Assembly: GCA_045541915.1 (NCBI GenBank)
Contig: JAZQJZ010000007.1
Location: 32,781-96,780 of the forward strand
Reading direction: 5' to 3'
Length of the DNA stretch: 64,000 bases
From: Eubacteriales bacterium
Lineage (GTDB): Bacteria; Bacillota; Clostridia; Oscillospirales; SIG627
Below the pieces are notes generated by a model that saw nothing but the letters and a program-made list of their open reading frames with translations, was not told the origin of the DNA and made no database searches. Shown here piece after piece: positions 1 to 9,190 of the stretch. A program made the translations under genes and the position numbers. How positions within the stretch are numbered: the first letter of the stretch is position 1; every line of letters starts with the position of its first letter.

Positions 1-561
1 GGAATGTCCTTCCCTAAAAATACCAAGCATTCTTCGACGGGAAAGCCACCCGGAAAAAGCATCGAAATTCACCTGAAAGTAGCATCCCATATCCGAAAGA
101 TGCTGCAAAAGTCCCAAATCGCGATACAAAAACGGATATCGGTCAATATGCGCCAAAACGGGAACAATCTGATGCTCCTGGATCAGTCGAAGCAGTCTTT
201 TTTCCGTATATACCGAAAAGGAGCTTTTCGTTTCCAACTCCGTCAGCATCAATCTGGTGCCGGCATAGCAAAGGGGAGTCAGATCCGCGTAGTTAAACAG
301 AGTGTCGGTAAAATACACTTCCGCGCCCAAGGACAAGGTGAAAGCCTCTGCCTCCGGAAAGGTCAAGAACTCTTCAAAAGCTGCTTGACGACGGTGGCAA
401 AACCGTTCCAAAGAATCCTGGGTAGGGTAAAAATGAGGGGTCAGTGCCAAATGCGTGATTCCCTGACAGGAAAGAGAGGAAAGCGCCTCCTGAAGTCCGA
501 AGCGAGTGGAGATGCCGTCATCAATGCCACGCAAAAGATGCGAGTGGATATCTGCTCTCAA
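1..561 (-). CDS. PHP-family protein-tyrosine phosphatase (CpsB/YwqE-like), 3' end beyond window edge
   Basis: Not in the ORF track. My minus-strand translation from TTG at 561 reads (M)RADIHSHLLRGIDDGISTRFGLQEAL...LTPHFYP...VLAHIDRYP and is open to position 1. It has the HxH/DD metal motifs of CpsB/YwqE. GGAGG lies ~9 nt upstream, and the start is 2 nt after the BY-kinase stop. Confidence 0.7.
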   Translation of the reverse strand, partial: MRADIHSHLLRGIDDGISTRFGLQEALSSLSCQGITHLALTPHFYPTQDSLERFCHRRQAAFEEFLTFPEAEAFTLSLGAEVYFTDTLFNYADLTPLCYAGTRLMLTELETKSSFSVYTEKRLLRLIQEHQIVPVLAHIDRYPFLYRDLGLLQHLSDMGCYFQVNFDAFSGWLSRRRMLGIFREGHS

Positions 562-563
562 GG

Positions 564-1367
564 TTATGCCTCCGGCTGTTCACTCGGGGCTTGTTCTTCT
601 GCTACACTTTCTTCCTTCGGTTGTTCGGAAAAAGCCTTTTGGTTTTCTTCTTGAGTCTTCGTTCCGTAAGATTTGTAGCCATAACCATAGCGCTGACCGT
701 AGCGTCCGTAACGATGTTTTTCATCCTGTGCGCCGTTGACCACAACGCCCAAGATCTTTCCGCCGGCAAAATTCACCTGCTCCACGGCCTTTTTCAAATC
801 ACTGCGCGTGGTATAGTTGGGACGGGCAACCAGCACCACCCCGTCGGCCTGACTGATTAAGGTCAGGGCGTCGGAAACAAAATTGATGGGAGGAGTATCC
901 AAAATGATGTAGTCGTACTGCTCTCTCATTTTTTTAATGAGCTCTGCCACGCTGTCACTTCCCACGATTTCTGACGGATTGGGAGAAACATCACCGGAAC
1001 AAATCACATCCAAATTGGTGAAAACATTCTTGTGAAGCACCTCTTCCCAAGTATTCATTCCGCTCAGAAAGTTGGTCAGGCCGGGCTTTGCATCGCACTT
1101 GACCAAGCGGCTTAACTGAGAGGAGGGGCCTCTGAGATCCACGTCGATCAAAAGTACCTTTTTATCACTTCTGGCAATGGAAAAGGCGATGTTGGCAGAG
1201 GTGGTGGTTTTTCCTTCTCCGGGAACAGAACTGGAGATCACCACAACCTTACAGCCGGGTTTGATCAAGGAAAATGCCAGATTGGCACGGATGGTTCGGT
1301 ATGCCTCCTTTGCGGCAAACAAAACACCCTTTTCATTCATTCCGTAATAGCCTTTGTTGTTGGTCAT
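564..1367 (-). CDS. BY-kinase, capsular polysaccharide tyrosine autokinase (CpsD/YwqD-like)
   Basis: Walker A GEGKTTT, A' VLLIDVDLR, Walker B YDYIILDTPP, and a C-terminal Tyr cluster HRYGRYGQRYGYGYKSYG. I moved the start to ATG 1367 (MTNNKG), 1 nt after the upstream stop, with GGAGG inside the upstream gene's end. Confidence 0.85.
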   Translation of the reverse strand: MTNNKGYYGMNEKGVLFAAKEAYRTIRANLAFSLIKPGCKVVVISSSVPGEGKTTTSANIAFSIARSDKKVLLIDVDLRGPSSQLSRLVKCDAKPGLTNFLSGMNTWEEVLHKNVFTNLDVICSGDVSPNPSEIVGSDSVAELIKKMREQYDYIILDTPPINFVSDALTLISQADGVVLVARPNYTTRSDLKKAVEQVNFAGGKILGVVVNGAQDEKHRYGRYGQRYGYGYKSYGTKTQEENQKAFSEQPKEESVAEEQAPSEQPEA

Positions 1368-1368
1368 T

Positions 1369-2055
1369 TCAAATGCCTCCCTTCTTCTCACCGGCATTGA
1401 AATCGGGAACAATACCAAGCACGGGGAGACCGAACAATTCCGTGATCTCTTCCGCAGAACGGATTCGATTATCGCTCAATTCCTTCAGCACCACAAGACC
1501 GGCAGCCAAGAGCGCACCTACAAGAAAACCGAAAATGGCTTTTTCCAGTGCATTGGCGTTCACAGGGGAAACCGGCAGCTCCGGAGACTGGATCACTTCC
1601 AGTGCTCCCACCTCCTGGAAGCTATCGATTCTCTTGGAAGCCGTATTGGATACCGACAGAGCAATATCATAGGACAGATTGGGATCATGCGTCTGCACGC
1701 TCACATAGAATGTGGAGGTTTCAGAAACCACCGAGGAAAAGGAAACATAACCGGAAATCACCTTGGGAGCCAAAGTCCTACCCGTTGTCTCCTCCAGATC
1801 CTTGGAAACCATTTCAAAAAACTCATTGACATTCAAAAATTCAATGTACTGCCAGGCAATGGATCGGGTGGCGTCCCCATAGGTATTGCCACTTTCCTTA
1901 TTGCTGGCATAAAACTTCACGTTAGCCTCATAACGGGGCTGAACAAAATATTTGGTATAAACAAATGCGCCGATACCAAACAGCACCGCAATGATCAGAA
2001 TAAAGGCAATGCCCTTGATCAGCCAATTATAAATATCCTTTAGAGAAAACTCCAT
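1369..2055 (-). CDS. Polysaccharide chain-length determinant / BY-kinase transmembrane modulator (Wzz/CpsC/YwqC-like)
   Basis: N-terminal TM (IAFILIIAVLFGIGAFVY) followed by TKYFVQPRYEA, and a C-terminal TM (FGFLVGALLAAGLVVL). It sits immediately upstream of the BY-kinase. Confidence 0.8.
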   Translation of the reverse strand: MEFSLKDIYNWLIKGIAFILIIAVLFGIGAFVYTKYFVQPRYEANVKFYASNKESGNTYGDATRSIAWQYIEFLNVNEFFEMVSKDLEETTGRTLAPKVISGYVSFSSVVSETSTFYVSVQTHDPNLSYDIALSVSNTASKRIDSFQEVGALEVIQSPELPVSPVNANALEKAIFGFLVGALLAAGLVVLKELSDNRIRSAEEITELFGLPVLGIVPDFNAGEKKGGI

Positions 2056-2105
2056 CGTATCCGATTTGCTCCTTCCACAAAAAACTCAATTTGGTGCCAC
2101 CGAGA

Positions 2106-3218
2106 TCATCCTTTTGCACAGCGCAAATTGATCTCCTTCATAGCGTCGAATTTTTTCATCATATCCAATGCCAGCGCCAACTGGCTTCTGCCCCGTTCCA
2201 AATTGTGATTGGGACGGTGGATCTTGAAATACTTATCCCCGTTCAGGTAATCCTCCAGAAAACGGGCAGCCAGTTCAAAGCTCATGACAATGGCGCCCAC
2301 TGCAAGGCTTTCCATTTCTTCAGGGGTACAGAAATCGCGGCAAGCGGAAATAAATCCGGAGGCAAATGCCTCATAAAGCTCCAGGTTCAAGCCGACCTTT
2401 GACGTGTCCGGCTCGTCCTCCACTGCAAAGTTGGCAGAAAAGCGGATGGCATCTCCGAAGTCATAAGCACAAAGACCGGGGGTGACCGTATCCAGATCGA
2501 TCACGCAAACTGCCTTTCCTGTGTCCTTATCAATGAGGATGTTGTTATACTTGGTATCGTTATGGGTAACGCGCAGTGGCAAAATGCCCGCTTCACGCTG
2601 CTTTTCAAGGCAAGACCAGATCTCTTCGTTTTCCTTTAAGATCCGGATCTCCTCCTCCACCACATGACGTCTTCCCGCTTCGTCCCTTTCGCAGGCGGCG
2701 AAGAAATTCTCCATTCTTTTCACCGTATTGTGGAAATTGGGCATGGTATCCTGCAACTGGTCCATAGGAAAATCCGAAAGCTGTCTCTGGAACAGACCAA
2801 AGGAATACCCTGCGTTTTTCAACACCATAGGATCCTCTGCCTGATCGTAGGTGATGGTATTGGGGACGTAGCGATAAACTCGCCAGAAGTTTTCCTTGTC
2901 CTCAAAATAATAGTTGGTTCCGTCTTCTCTCTTTAAAAAATCCAGAACCTTTCCTTCGGGATCAATGCCCTGGCTGAGAAGCTTTCTGCGAATGTGATTG
3001 GTTACCTTATCGATATTCTCCATAATTCCCACAGGGTTGGGGAATACATAGGTGTTGATTCTTTGCAATACAAAGCTGTCATTTTTGCCTTTGAAGCGAA
3101 CATCCACCTTGTGAGTGGAATTGATATGGCCGCTATGAAATGTCTCTACACGAAACGAGTCAAATTGCACGCCAAAGTGCTGCAACACGGAGGTGATTTT
3201 TCTGCTTTCATAACTCAT
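2106..3218 (-). CDS. APH-fold sugar kinase, N-acetylhexosamine 1-kinase (NahK)-like
   Basis: I moved the start to ATG 3218 (AAGGAGA RBS). Landmarks HSGHINSTHKV, PLRVTHNDTKYNNILID, VIDLDTV..YDFGDAIRF and FLEDYLNGDKYF match NahK as I recall it. Confidence 0.7.
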   Translation of the reverse strand: MSYESRKITSVLQHFGVQFDSFRVETFHSGHINSTHKVDVRFKGKNDSFVLQRINTYVFPNPVGIMENIDKVTNHIRRKLLSQGIDPEGKVLDFLKREDGTNYYFEDKENFWRVYRYVPNTITYDQAEDPMVLKNAGYSFGLFQRQLSDFPMDQLQDTMPNFHNTVKRMENFFAACERDEAGRRHVVEEEIRILKENEEIWSCLEKQREAGILPLRVTHNDTKYNNILIDKDTGKAVCVIDLDTVTPGLCAYDFGDAIRFSANFAVEDEPDTSKVGLNLELYEAFASGFISACRDFCTPEEMESLAVGAIVMSFELAARFLEDYLNGDKYFKIHRPNHNLERGRSQLALALDMMKKFDAMKEINLRCAKG

Positions 3219-3355
3219 GGTAAAATCTCCTTGGCTTTTTTGAGCCAAAACCATATTTGATGCCCAGTGGTATATAACCCACCACAGTATCACTCTTGAT
3301 TATACCACAAAAAAAAGAAAAAGCAAGGATTTTTCCAAACTCAAGCAAAAGAAAC

Positions 3356-3398
3356 AAAGCACGGTTCTCCGCAAAAAAAGGAGAACCGTGCTTTCTTT
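3356..3398. terminator. Rho-independent terminator downstream of pfkA
   Basis: 15-bp perfect stem AAAGCACGGTTCTCC / GGAGAACCGTGCTTT with U-rich flanks on both strands. Confidence 0.7.
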
Positions 3399-3408
3399 TC
3401 ACGAAAAA

Positions 3409-4389
3409 TCAATACAAAGAAAGAATCTTGCTGGTGCGGATCAGATCGTCATCAATGTCCTTTTTCATAGAAAGGGCTTCTTCGATATCAATATCCACAA
3501 CAGAATCTCCCTTCATGGCCACAATTCTGCCGGAGACCCCATTGGCCAAAAGCTCTGTGGCCTTGGCTCCCATCAGGGAAGCCGCCACGCGGTCACGTAC
3601 CGTGGGACTGCCGCCTCTTTGCTGGTGGCCCAAAATGGTGGTGGTAGTGGAGATTCCGGTCTTATTGTGGATCTCCTGTGCAATTTCCATAGTGCCGCCC
3701 ACACCCTCGGCATTGATGATAATGTAGTGATGCTTCCCTGCATTCCGACAGGAAAGAATGGGCTTGATGATATCTTCATCCACATTAAATTCCCTCTCGG
3801 GAACAATGCAAGCCTCTGCACCGCCGGCAATGCCGCAGTTCACTGCGATATACCCGGCATTTCTACCCATCACCTCCACCACGCTGCAGCGCTCGTGAGA
3901 ATAGGCAGTATCCTTGATTCTGTCAATGGCTTCCTTTACGGTGTTCATCGCCGTGTCATAACCGATGGTATAGTCACTGCAAGCAATGTCATTGTCAATA
4001 GTGGCAGGAATGCCAATGACCGGAAGTCCGATCCGATGCAGATCTCTGGCGCCGCGGAAGGAACCGTCACCGCCAATGACCACCAAAGCATCCAGGCGGA
4101 AGATCTCTGCCATTCCCTTTCCTCTTTGCACTCCTTCGGGAGTGGAAAATTCCTTGCTTCTGGCCGTGAGAAGCACCGTTCCGCCACGACTGATGATATT
4201 GGAAACCGAGTGGTTATTCATCTCGGCGATTTCACCGTCAAGAAGACCCTCATAGCCGCGCTGAATCCCGAACACTTGAAACCCGTGATACAGTCCGGAA
4301 CGGACCACAGCGCGAATGGCAGCATTCATACCGGGTGCGTCGCCCCCGGAAGTCAGAACACCAATCCGTTTGATTTTGTTTGTTGCCAT
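3409..4389 (-). CDS. pfkA: ATP-dependent 6-phosphofructokinase
   Basis: IGVLTSGGDAPGMNAAIRAVV, VVIGGDGS, GIPATIDND and MGR.AG motifs. 326 aa. Confidence 0.95.
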   Translation of the reverse strand: MATNKIKRIGVLTSGGDAPGMNAAIRAVVRSGLYHGFQVFGIQRGYEGLLDGEIAEMNNHSVSNIISRGGTVLLTARSKEFSTPEGVQRGKGMAEIFRLDALVVIGGDGSFRGARDLHRIGLPVIGIPATIDNDIACSDYTIGYDTAMNTVKEAIDRIKDTAYSHERCSVVEVMGRNAGYIAVNCGIAGGAEACIVPEREFNVDEDIIKPILSCRNAGKHHYIIINAEGVGGTMEIAQEIHNKTGISTTTTILGHQQRGGSPTVRDRVAASLMGAKATELLANGVSGRIVAMKGDSVVDIDIEEALSMKKDIDDDLIRTSKILSLY

Positions 4390-4434
4390 AACGACCTCCG
4401 ATTTTGTTCCTTTTTTCTATTTTTAACATTTCTC

Positions 4435-4463
4435 AGTATATTCCATTCTCCCCTTTTTGGCAA
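4435..4463 (-). promoter_or_regulatory. Putative sigma-A promoter of pfkA
   Basis: Minus strand reads TTGCCA-17 nt-TATACT, about 45 nt upstream of the pfkA ATG. Confidence 0.5.
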
Positions 4464-4492
4464 GAGAAAAATGGAAAAAAGAGTAATTTGTT

Positions 4493-5515
4493 TCACTTTT
4501 CCTCTTCGTAGAAGAAGATTTCCCGGATCCACTGATCCAAAAGCCGATGCTCTGCGGCGGTTTTGGTGCCCAAAAACGCTTCCGGGATCATCTGTGCCGA
4601 GGGAAGCTTGATCAGGATCTGCCCCATCCCGTTTTCACTTTTTAGACTCATATTCATGTGATGCTCCCGACACAGAAGGAATGAAAGGAATAGCGGAGCC
4701 AGGGCAAGATCCTTGGGAAACTCCTTGCCGCTTTCTTGTCGGAAGATCCTTGCCAGAACGGAAAACACCTGCTCCTGATCGGAAAACGAAAAGGACAGCA
4801 CCACCCCATTTCCGGTCTTTTTCACCTGCACCGAAACCTCTTCCAGCCCTTGGTAAACATAGAGAAAACGGATCACGTTCAAAAGGGCAAAGATTAGAGC
4901 ATCGGGAGAAGCCATCACCGCCGCATCCGAGGTGCACTCAAAAGAAAGACTCACACGGGGCTGATGCAATCGGTCGGAAAGGGCTTGAAGGATCCCTGGC
5001 AGACTGCAAACGGACGGGGCCCTCATAGGACGCTTGGACAAGGTGAGAAAATGACGGTACATTTCCATGGCACCGCGCAGCCGATGGGTTCTGGAGATCA
5101 CCCTCTCCTCCAAATGAACATTCCGGGCTGTGCCTTGGAACTCGAATTGGGGCTTCAAGGGCAGGCAAATCTCATCCAGAACGCGCAGACTCTCTCCAAA
5201 AAGGCTTTTGGAAAACGGCTCGCAAAAAGGCATAAAATTTTCCAAAAAAATCAACAATCTCTCTGAGTTTTCCGGTGGAAGAATACACACGAAATAGGAA
5301 ATCTCCTCCAATTCCGCACACATCACACAGCCCTCTTTCTTCTCCTTGGCAAGGGTTTTTAAGTAGCGTTTCAGTCGCCAAGGTGCGGGAAGAAGCTTTT
5401 GCGCTGCCCGGTTCCGAAACAGGAGGGAAAATTCCTCATCGGTCACCACACTGGGAAACACAAAAGATCCGGCCAGAGGCGCAAGGCGGATTTCGTTTAT
5501 CATTTCTTCGGTCAT
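4493..5515 (-). CDS. Hypothetical cytoplasmic protein
   Basis: 340-aa ORF, divergent from lon. No motif I can assign with confidence; the resemblance to a histidine-kinase dimerisation/ATPase layout is only vague. Confidence 0.5.
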   Translation of the reverse strand: MTEEMINEIRLAPLAGSFVFPSVVTDEEFSLLFRNRAAQKLLPAPWRLKRYLKTLAKEKKEGCVMCAELEEISYFVCILPPENSERLLIFLENFMPFCEPFSKSLFGESLRVLDEICLPLKPQFEFQGTARNVHLEERVISRTHRLRGAMEMYRHFLTLSKRPMRAPSVCSLPGILQALSDRLHQPRVSLSFECTSDAAVMASPDALIFALLNVIRFLYVYQGLEEVSVQVKKTGNGVVLSFSFSDQEQVFSVLARIFRQESGKEFPKDLALAPLFLSFLLCREHHMNMSLKSENGMGQILIKLPSAQMIPEAFLGTKTAAEHRLLDQWIREIFFYEEEK

Positions 5516-5727
5516 ATTTTCACTCCCTTTCGGTTTCTTTTGGTTTTAAATGGCATTTTTGACTTTTCTGTAACGGATAGTATACCACAAAACTGAAAAA
5601 AACGAAAATTTTTTATGAAAATTAGCAGAAAGTGATTTCTTTTTCCCAAGAAATATGATATATTAATGCAATAATGGGTTTTTATACTCGAAAGTTCATC
5701 AATTTGGAAAGGATTCCCCAAAAAGAA

Positions 5728-8067
5728 ATGTCGTACTATACCGAAAAACTGGACCGGGTGGCATTGCCCGTCATTGCCCTGAGAGGTCTGGTTGTTTTCC
5801 CAAATATTGATACCAGCTTTGAAGTAGCTCGCCCCCAAACGGTGCGCGCTACGGAAATGGCTCTAAAGGCTGACGGGCTGATTTATCTGGTAACCCAAAA
5901 GGATGCCCAGGTAGAAACGCCGGAGCCGGCGGATCTGCATAAGGTAGGTGTGGTTGCCCGCATCAAGCAGTCCATCAAGCTTCCCGATAAAAGCTATCGC
6001 ATCATCACCGAAGGCATTGCCAGAGGTGAAACACAGAATATATTCCGTCTGGAAAGCGGCGCTCTCACCGCAGAGGTTCTGCAAAAGGAGATCACCGTTC
6101 TGGACGATATTTCCGCCGACGCTTACCGAAGAAGCATTCTCCACAGCGTGGAGGATCTGTCTGTTTTTCTCCCCAAGCTTTCCGCCGATGTGACGGCAGC
6201 ACTGCAAAGCATTGACGAGCCCGGTTTTCTGTCGGACTTTGTGGCGGCAAACATTCTCCGTCGGGTAGAAGATAAGATGGAAATTCTCAAACAGTTCGAT
6301 CCGGAAAAAAGAGCCCTTAAGCTCAAGGAGATCCTGGAGAGAGAAATTCAGGTGGCAAAGCTGGAGAGCCGACTGGCTCGCAAGGTCCAAAGTCACATGG
6401 AGGATCAGCAAAGGGAGGCTTATTTGCGGGAGCAGCTTCGGGTGATCCAGTCCGAGCTTTCCGGCGGCGAAGCCTTTGCCGGAGAGGACGACGATGACGA
6501 TGTTCTCGCCCGGATCCAGAAGGCCGCACTTCCCGATTCCATTCGGGAAAAGCTGATTTCCCAAGCAAAAAAGATCCGTCAAATGCCCTTCGGTTCTTCG
6601 GAATCGGCCCTTCTTCGAGGCTATATTGATACCTGTCTTGAGATCCCGTGGCTGGAATATACCGAGGATGAGGTGGACCTGAAAAAGGCAGAAGCCATCC
6701 TGGATCGGGATCACGATGGTCTGGAAAAAGTAAAGGAGCGGATCCTGGAATTTTTGGCGGCCGGTCTTTTGCGCGGAAAGGTGCAGGGACAGATCCTGTG
6801 TCTGGTGGGCGCACCCGGTGTAGGTAAAACCAGCATCGCTTCCTCCATTGCGGAGGCGCTGGGTAGAAAATACGTGCGCGTATCTCTGGGCGGTGTCCGG
6901 GACGAGGCAGACATTCGCGGTCACAGAAAGACCTATATTGGCGCTATGCCCGGCAGAATCATCAATGCCCTTTGCCAAGCAGGATCCATGAACCCCTTGA
7001 TCACCCTGGATGAAATTGACAAATTGACCCGGGATTCTCACGGCGATCCCTCCTCTGCTCTTCTGGAGGTTCTGGATTCTGCCCAGAACCACGCATTCCG
7101 GGATCATTTCATCGAATTGCCGGTGGATCTTTCCGCCTGTATGTTCCTGGCCACTGCAAACGATGTTTCCACCATTCCTCCGGCTCTGCTGGACCGTATG
7201 GAGGTCATTTCCATCCAAGGCTATACGGAAAGTGAAAAATGCGACATTGCCAAGCACCACCTGATCCCCAAAGAGGAAAAGGAGCACGGCATTGAGAAAA
7301 ACCGCTTAAGTATCAGCCAAGGCGCTTTGCGAAAGATCATCCGTTCCTACACCAGGGAACAGGGCGTGAGAAAGCTGGAAAGAGAAATCGCCAAGATCTG
7401 CAGAAAGAGCGCAAAGATGATCTATGACGGCCAGGAGAAAATCTCCGTGACCGAAAAGAATCTAACCGATTTTCTGGGGAAAGAAAAAATCCTTCCCGAA
7501 AAGAAAAACATTCCCCCTCGCGTGGGCGTGGTCAACGGTCTTGCATGGACCATGTCCGGCGGTGAGATGCTGGAGGTGGAGGCTCTTTGTCTCCCCGGTA
7601 GCGGAAAATTGGAATTGACCGGCTCCTTGGGCGATGTGATGAAGGAATCGGCAAAGGCCGCCGTTTCTCTGATCCGTTCCCGGAGCGATGCCCTTGACAT
7701 TGAAAACCCCAATTTTTATAAGGAGTGCGATCTGCACATTCACTTCCCGGAGGGCGCCATTCCCAAGGACGGCCCCAGTGCCGGTGTGACACTGGTTACC
7801 TGTCTTGCTTCCCTTCTTTCCGGCAAAAAGGTCCGGGGCGATGTGGCTATGACGGGCGAGATCACCTTACACGGCAAGGTGCTCCCCATCGGCGGTCTGC
7901 GAGAGAAGGCCGGTGCGGCTCTGCGCAGCGGTATCAAGACCGTTCTCATCCCTGCCGACAACGAAAAAGATTTAGAGGAAGTAGATCCGAAAGCGCGGGA
8001 GAAGATGGAGTTTATCCCTTGCCGCACCATCGATGACGTACTGAAGATCGCCTTGGTCCATTCATGA
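5728..8067 (+). CDS. lon: ATP-dependent Lon protease (endopeptidase La)
   Basis: LPVIALRGLVVFPN N-domain, Walker A GAPGVGKTS, catalytic KDGPSAGV. I chose the start MSYYTEK at 5728 rather than the track start at 5674. Confidence 0.95.
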   Translation: MSYYTEKLDRVALPVIALRGLVVFPNIDTSFEVARPQTVRATEMALKADGLIYLVTQKDAQVETPEPADLHKVGVVARIKQSIKLPDKSYRIITEGIARGETQNIFRLESGALTAEVLQKEITVLDDISADAYRRSILHSVEDLSVFLPKLSADVTAALQSIDEPGFLSDFVAANILRRVEDKMEILKQFDPEKRALKLKEILEREIQVAKLESRLARKVQSHMEDQQREAYLREQLRVIQSELSGGEAFAGEDDDDDVLARIQKAALPDSIREKLISQAKKIRQMPFGSSESALLRGYIDTCLEIPWLEYTEDEVDLKKAEAILDRDHDGLEKVKERILEFLAAGLLRGKVQGQILCLVGAPGVGKTSIASSIAEALGRKYVRVSLGGVRDEADIRGHRKTYIGAMPGRIINALCQAGSMNPLITLDEIDKLTRDSHGDPSSALLEVLDSAQNHAFRDHFIELPVDLSACMFLATANDVSTIPPALLDRMEVISIQGYTESEKCDIAKHHLIPKEEKEHGIEKNRLSISQGALRKIIRSYTREQGVRKLEREIAKICRKSAKMIYDGQEKISVTEKNLTDFLGKEKILPEKKNIPPRVGVVNGLAWTMSGGEMLEVEALCLPGSGKLELTGSLGDVMKESAKAAVSLIRSRSDALDIENPNFYKECDLHIHFPEGAIPKDGPSAGVTLVTCLASLLSGKKVRGDVAMTGEITLHGKVLPIGGLREKAGAALRSGIKTVLIPADNEKDLEEVDPKAREKMEFIPCRTIDDVLKIALVHS

Positions 8068-8663
8068 ACAAACACAACATTTCACTGAAAATCTCCGCTG
8101 GAAGGCGAGATCAGATCATCCGGGACGGAAAATGCCAGATCGCCTTTTCCGGTCGAAGCAACGTGGGAAAAAGCTCCGCGCTGAACCGCCTTTTGGGCAG
8201 AAAAAGCCTGGCAAGGGTTTCCTCTACTCCCGGTAAGACCATCACCATCAATTTCTTTGATCTGGACAACACCTGCTATTTGGTAGACCTGCCCGGATAC
8301 GGCTTTGCCAAAAGAAGCGAAAAGGAAAAAAGAGCGTGGTCGAATCTGACGGATTCTTATTTTCAAAATCACGAAAACCTGGCCCTGGTTTTGCAGCTGG
8401 TGGATCTGAAAACCGGCCCCAGCCGGGACGATGAGACCATGATCGGCTTTTTGAAGGAAGTGGGGATCCCCTTTGTGATCGTGGCAACCAAGCTGGATAA
8501 ATTAAATAAGACCAATCAGGCAAAAAACTTAAAGGCCCTGGAGGATGCTATGTTTCCCGTGCCGGTCTTTCCCTTTTCTTCCCTATCGGGAGAAGGAGTG
8601 GAGAGTGTCTGGAGTCTGATTGAAAAAACCGTAGCCGTGTTTGAGGATCAAAAAGAAGTCTGA
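8064..8663 (+). CDS. engB: Ribosome-biogenesis GTPase EngB/YsxC
   Basis: G1 GRSNVGKSS, DLPGYG, ATKLDK. The ATGA overlap with the lon stop fits the conserved lon-ysxC synteny. Confidence 0.9.
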   Translation: MNKHNISLKISAGRRDQIIRDGKCQIAFSGRSNVGKSSALNRLLGRKSLARVSSTPGKTITINFFDLDNTCYLVDLPGYGFAKRSEKEKRAWSNLTDSYFQNHENLALVLQLVDLKTGPSRDDETMIGFLKEVGIPFVIVATKLDKLNKTNQAKNLKALEDAMFPVPVFPFSSLSGEGVESVWSLIEKTVAVFEDQKEV

Positions 8664-8734
8664 CAGATCTTTTTGTATTTTTTCTCCCTTTTCGGTCATA
8701 ATAGGTGACAAAACGAAAAAAAGCGGGGGAACGT

Positions 8735-9184
8735 ATGAACATTGCTTTGGCAGAGCACATTCCCATTCTGGAGCATTCTCTGAAACAAAAATTGCACTCC
8801 TTTCCTTTCTCCTCCCGGATCCACTTGGAACGAGCGACGCAGGGAAAAGAGTATGATCTGATTCTTTCCGACCTGGATTACCTTTCCGATTCGTGGCGTT
8901 TTTCCTCGGATCTTTTCCTGGTTCCGGGACGGGTGGGAAACAGAAGGTTTTCCGTGGAGGGAACGGTGCTCACAGGCGGAATGAATCCGGCAGACCCGGT
9001 AACCTTTTCCAGCATCGGAGAAGATCGGGCCATGCTTTGCCTTCAGCAAGAAATTCCCTTTGCCGGGCGAAACATCGGGCCCTTTGAAAAGCCCATTGAA
9101 TTCGATCGGAATTTTAGCCTTTACAAAAATCTTGCCATGGGCTTTGCCCTTGCTCTGGCAGAAATCTGGTTTGGGGAGGAATGA
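8735..9184 (+). CDS. Hypothetical protein
   Basis: Start chosen at MNIALAE (GGGGGA RBS). It ends 6 nt before the helicase ATG. No recognisable motif. Confidence 0.5.
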   Translation: MNIALAEHIPILEHSLKQKLHSFPFSSRIHLERATQGKEYDLILSDLDYLSDSWRFSSDLFLVPGRVGNRRFSVEGTVLTGGMNPADPVTFSSIGEDRAMLCLQQEIPFAGRNIGPFEKPIEFDRNFSLYKNLAMGFALALAEIWFGEE

Positions 9185-9190
9185 AAAGCA

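Noticed and set aside
4-654. 216-aa plus-strand ORF at the left edge
   Set aside because: It is antisense to the CpsB/YwqE-like phosphatase frame (clear HSH..DDG..PHFYP motifs) and to the BY-kinase 3' end. Its sequence is low in complexity and has no recognisable motif.
5516-5727. CIRCE or CtsR heat-shock operator upstream of lon
   Set aside because: The intergenic region contains no TTAGCACTC-N9-GAGTGCTAA or GGTCAAA tandem repeat.
5863-7287. 474-aa minus-strand ORF
   Set aside because: Shadow ORF antisense to lon, whose identity is unambiguous.
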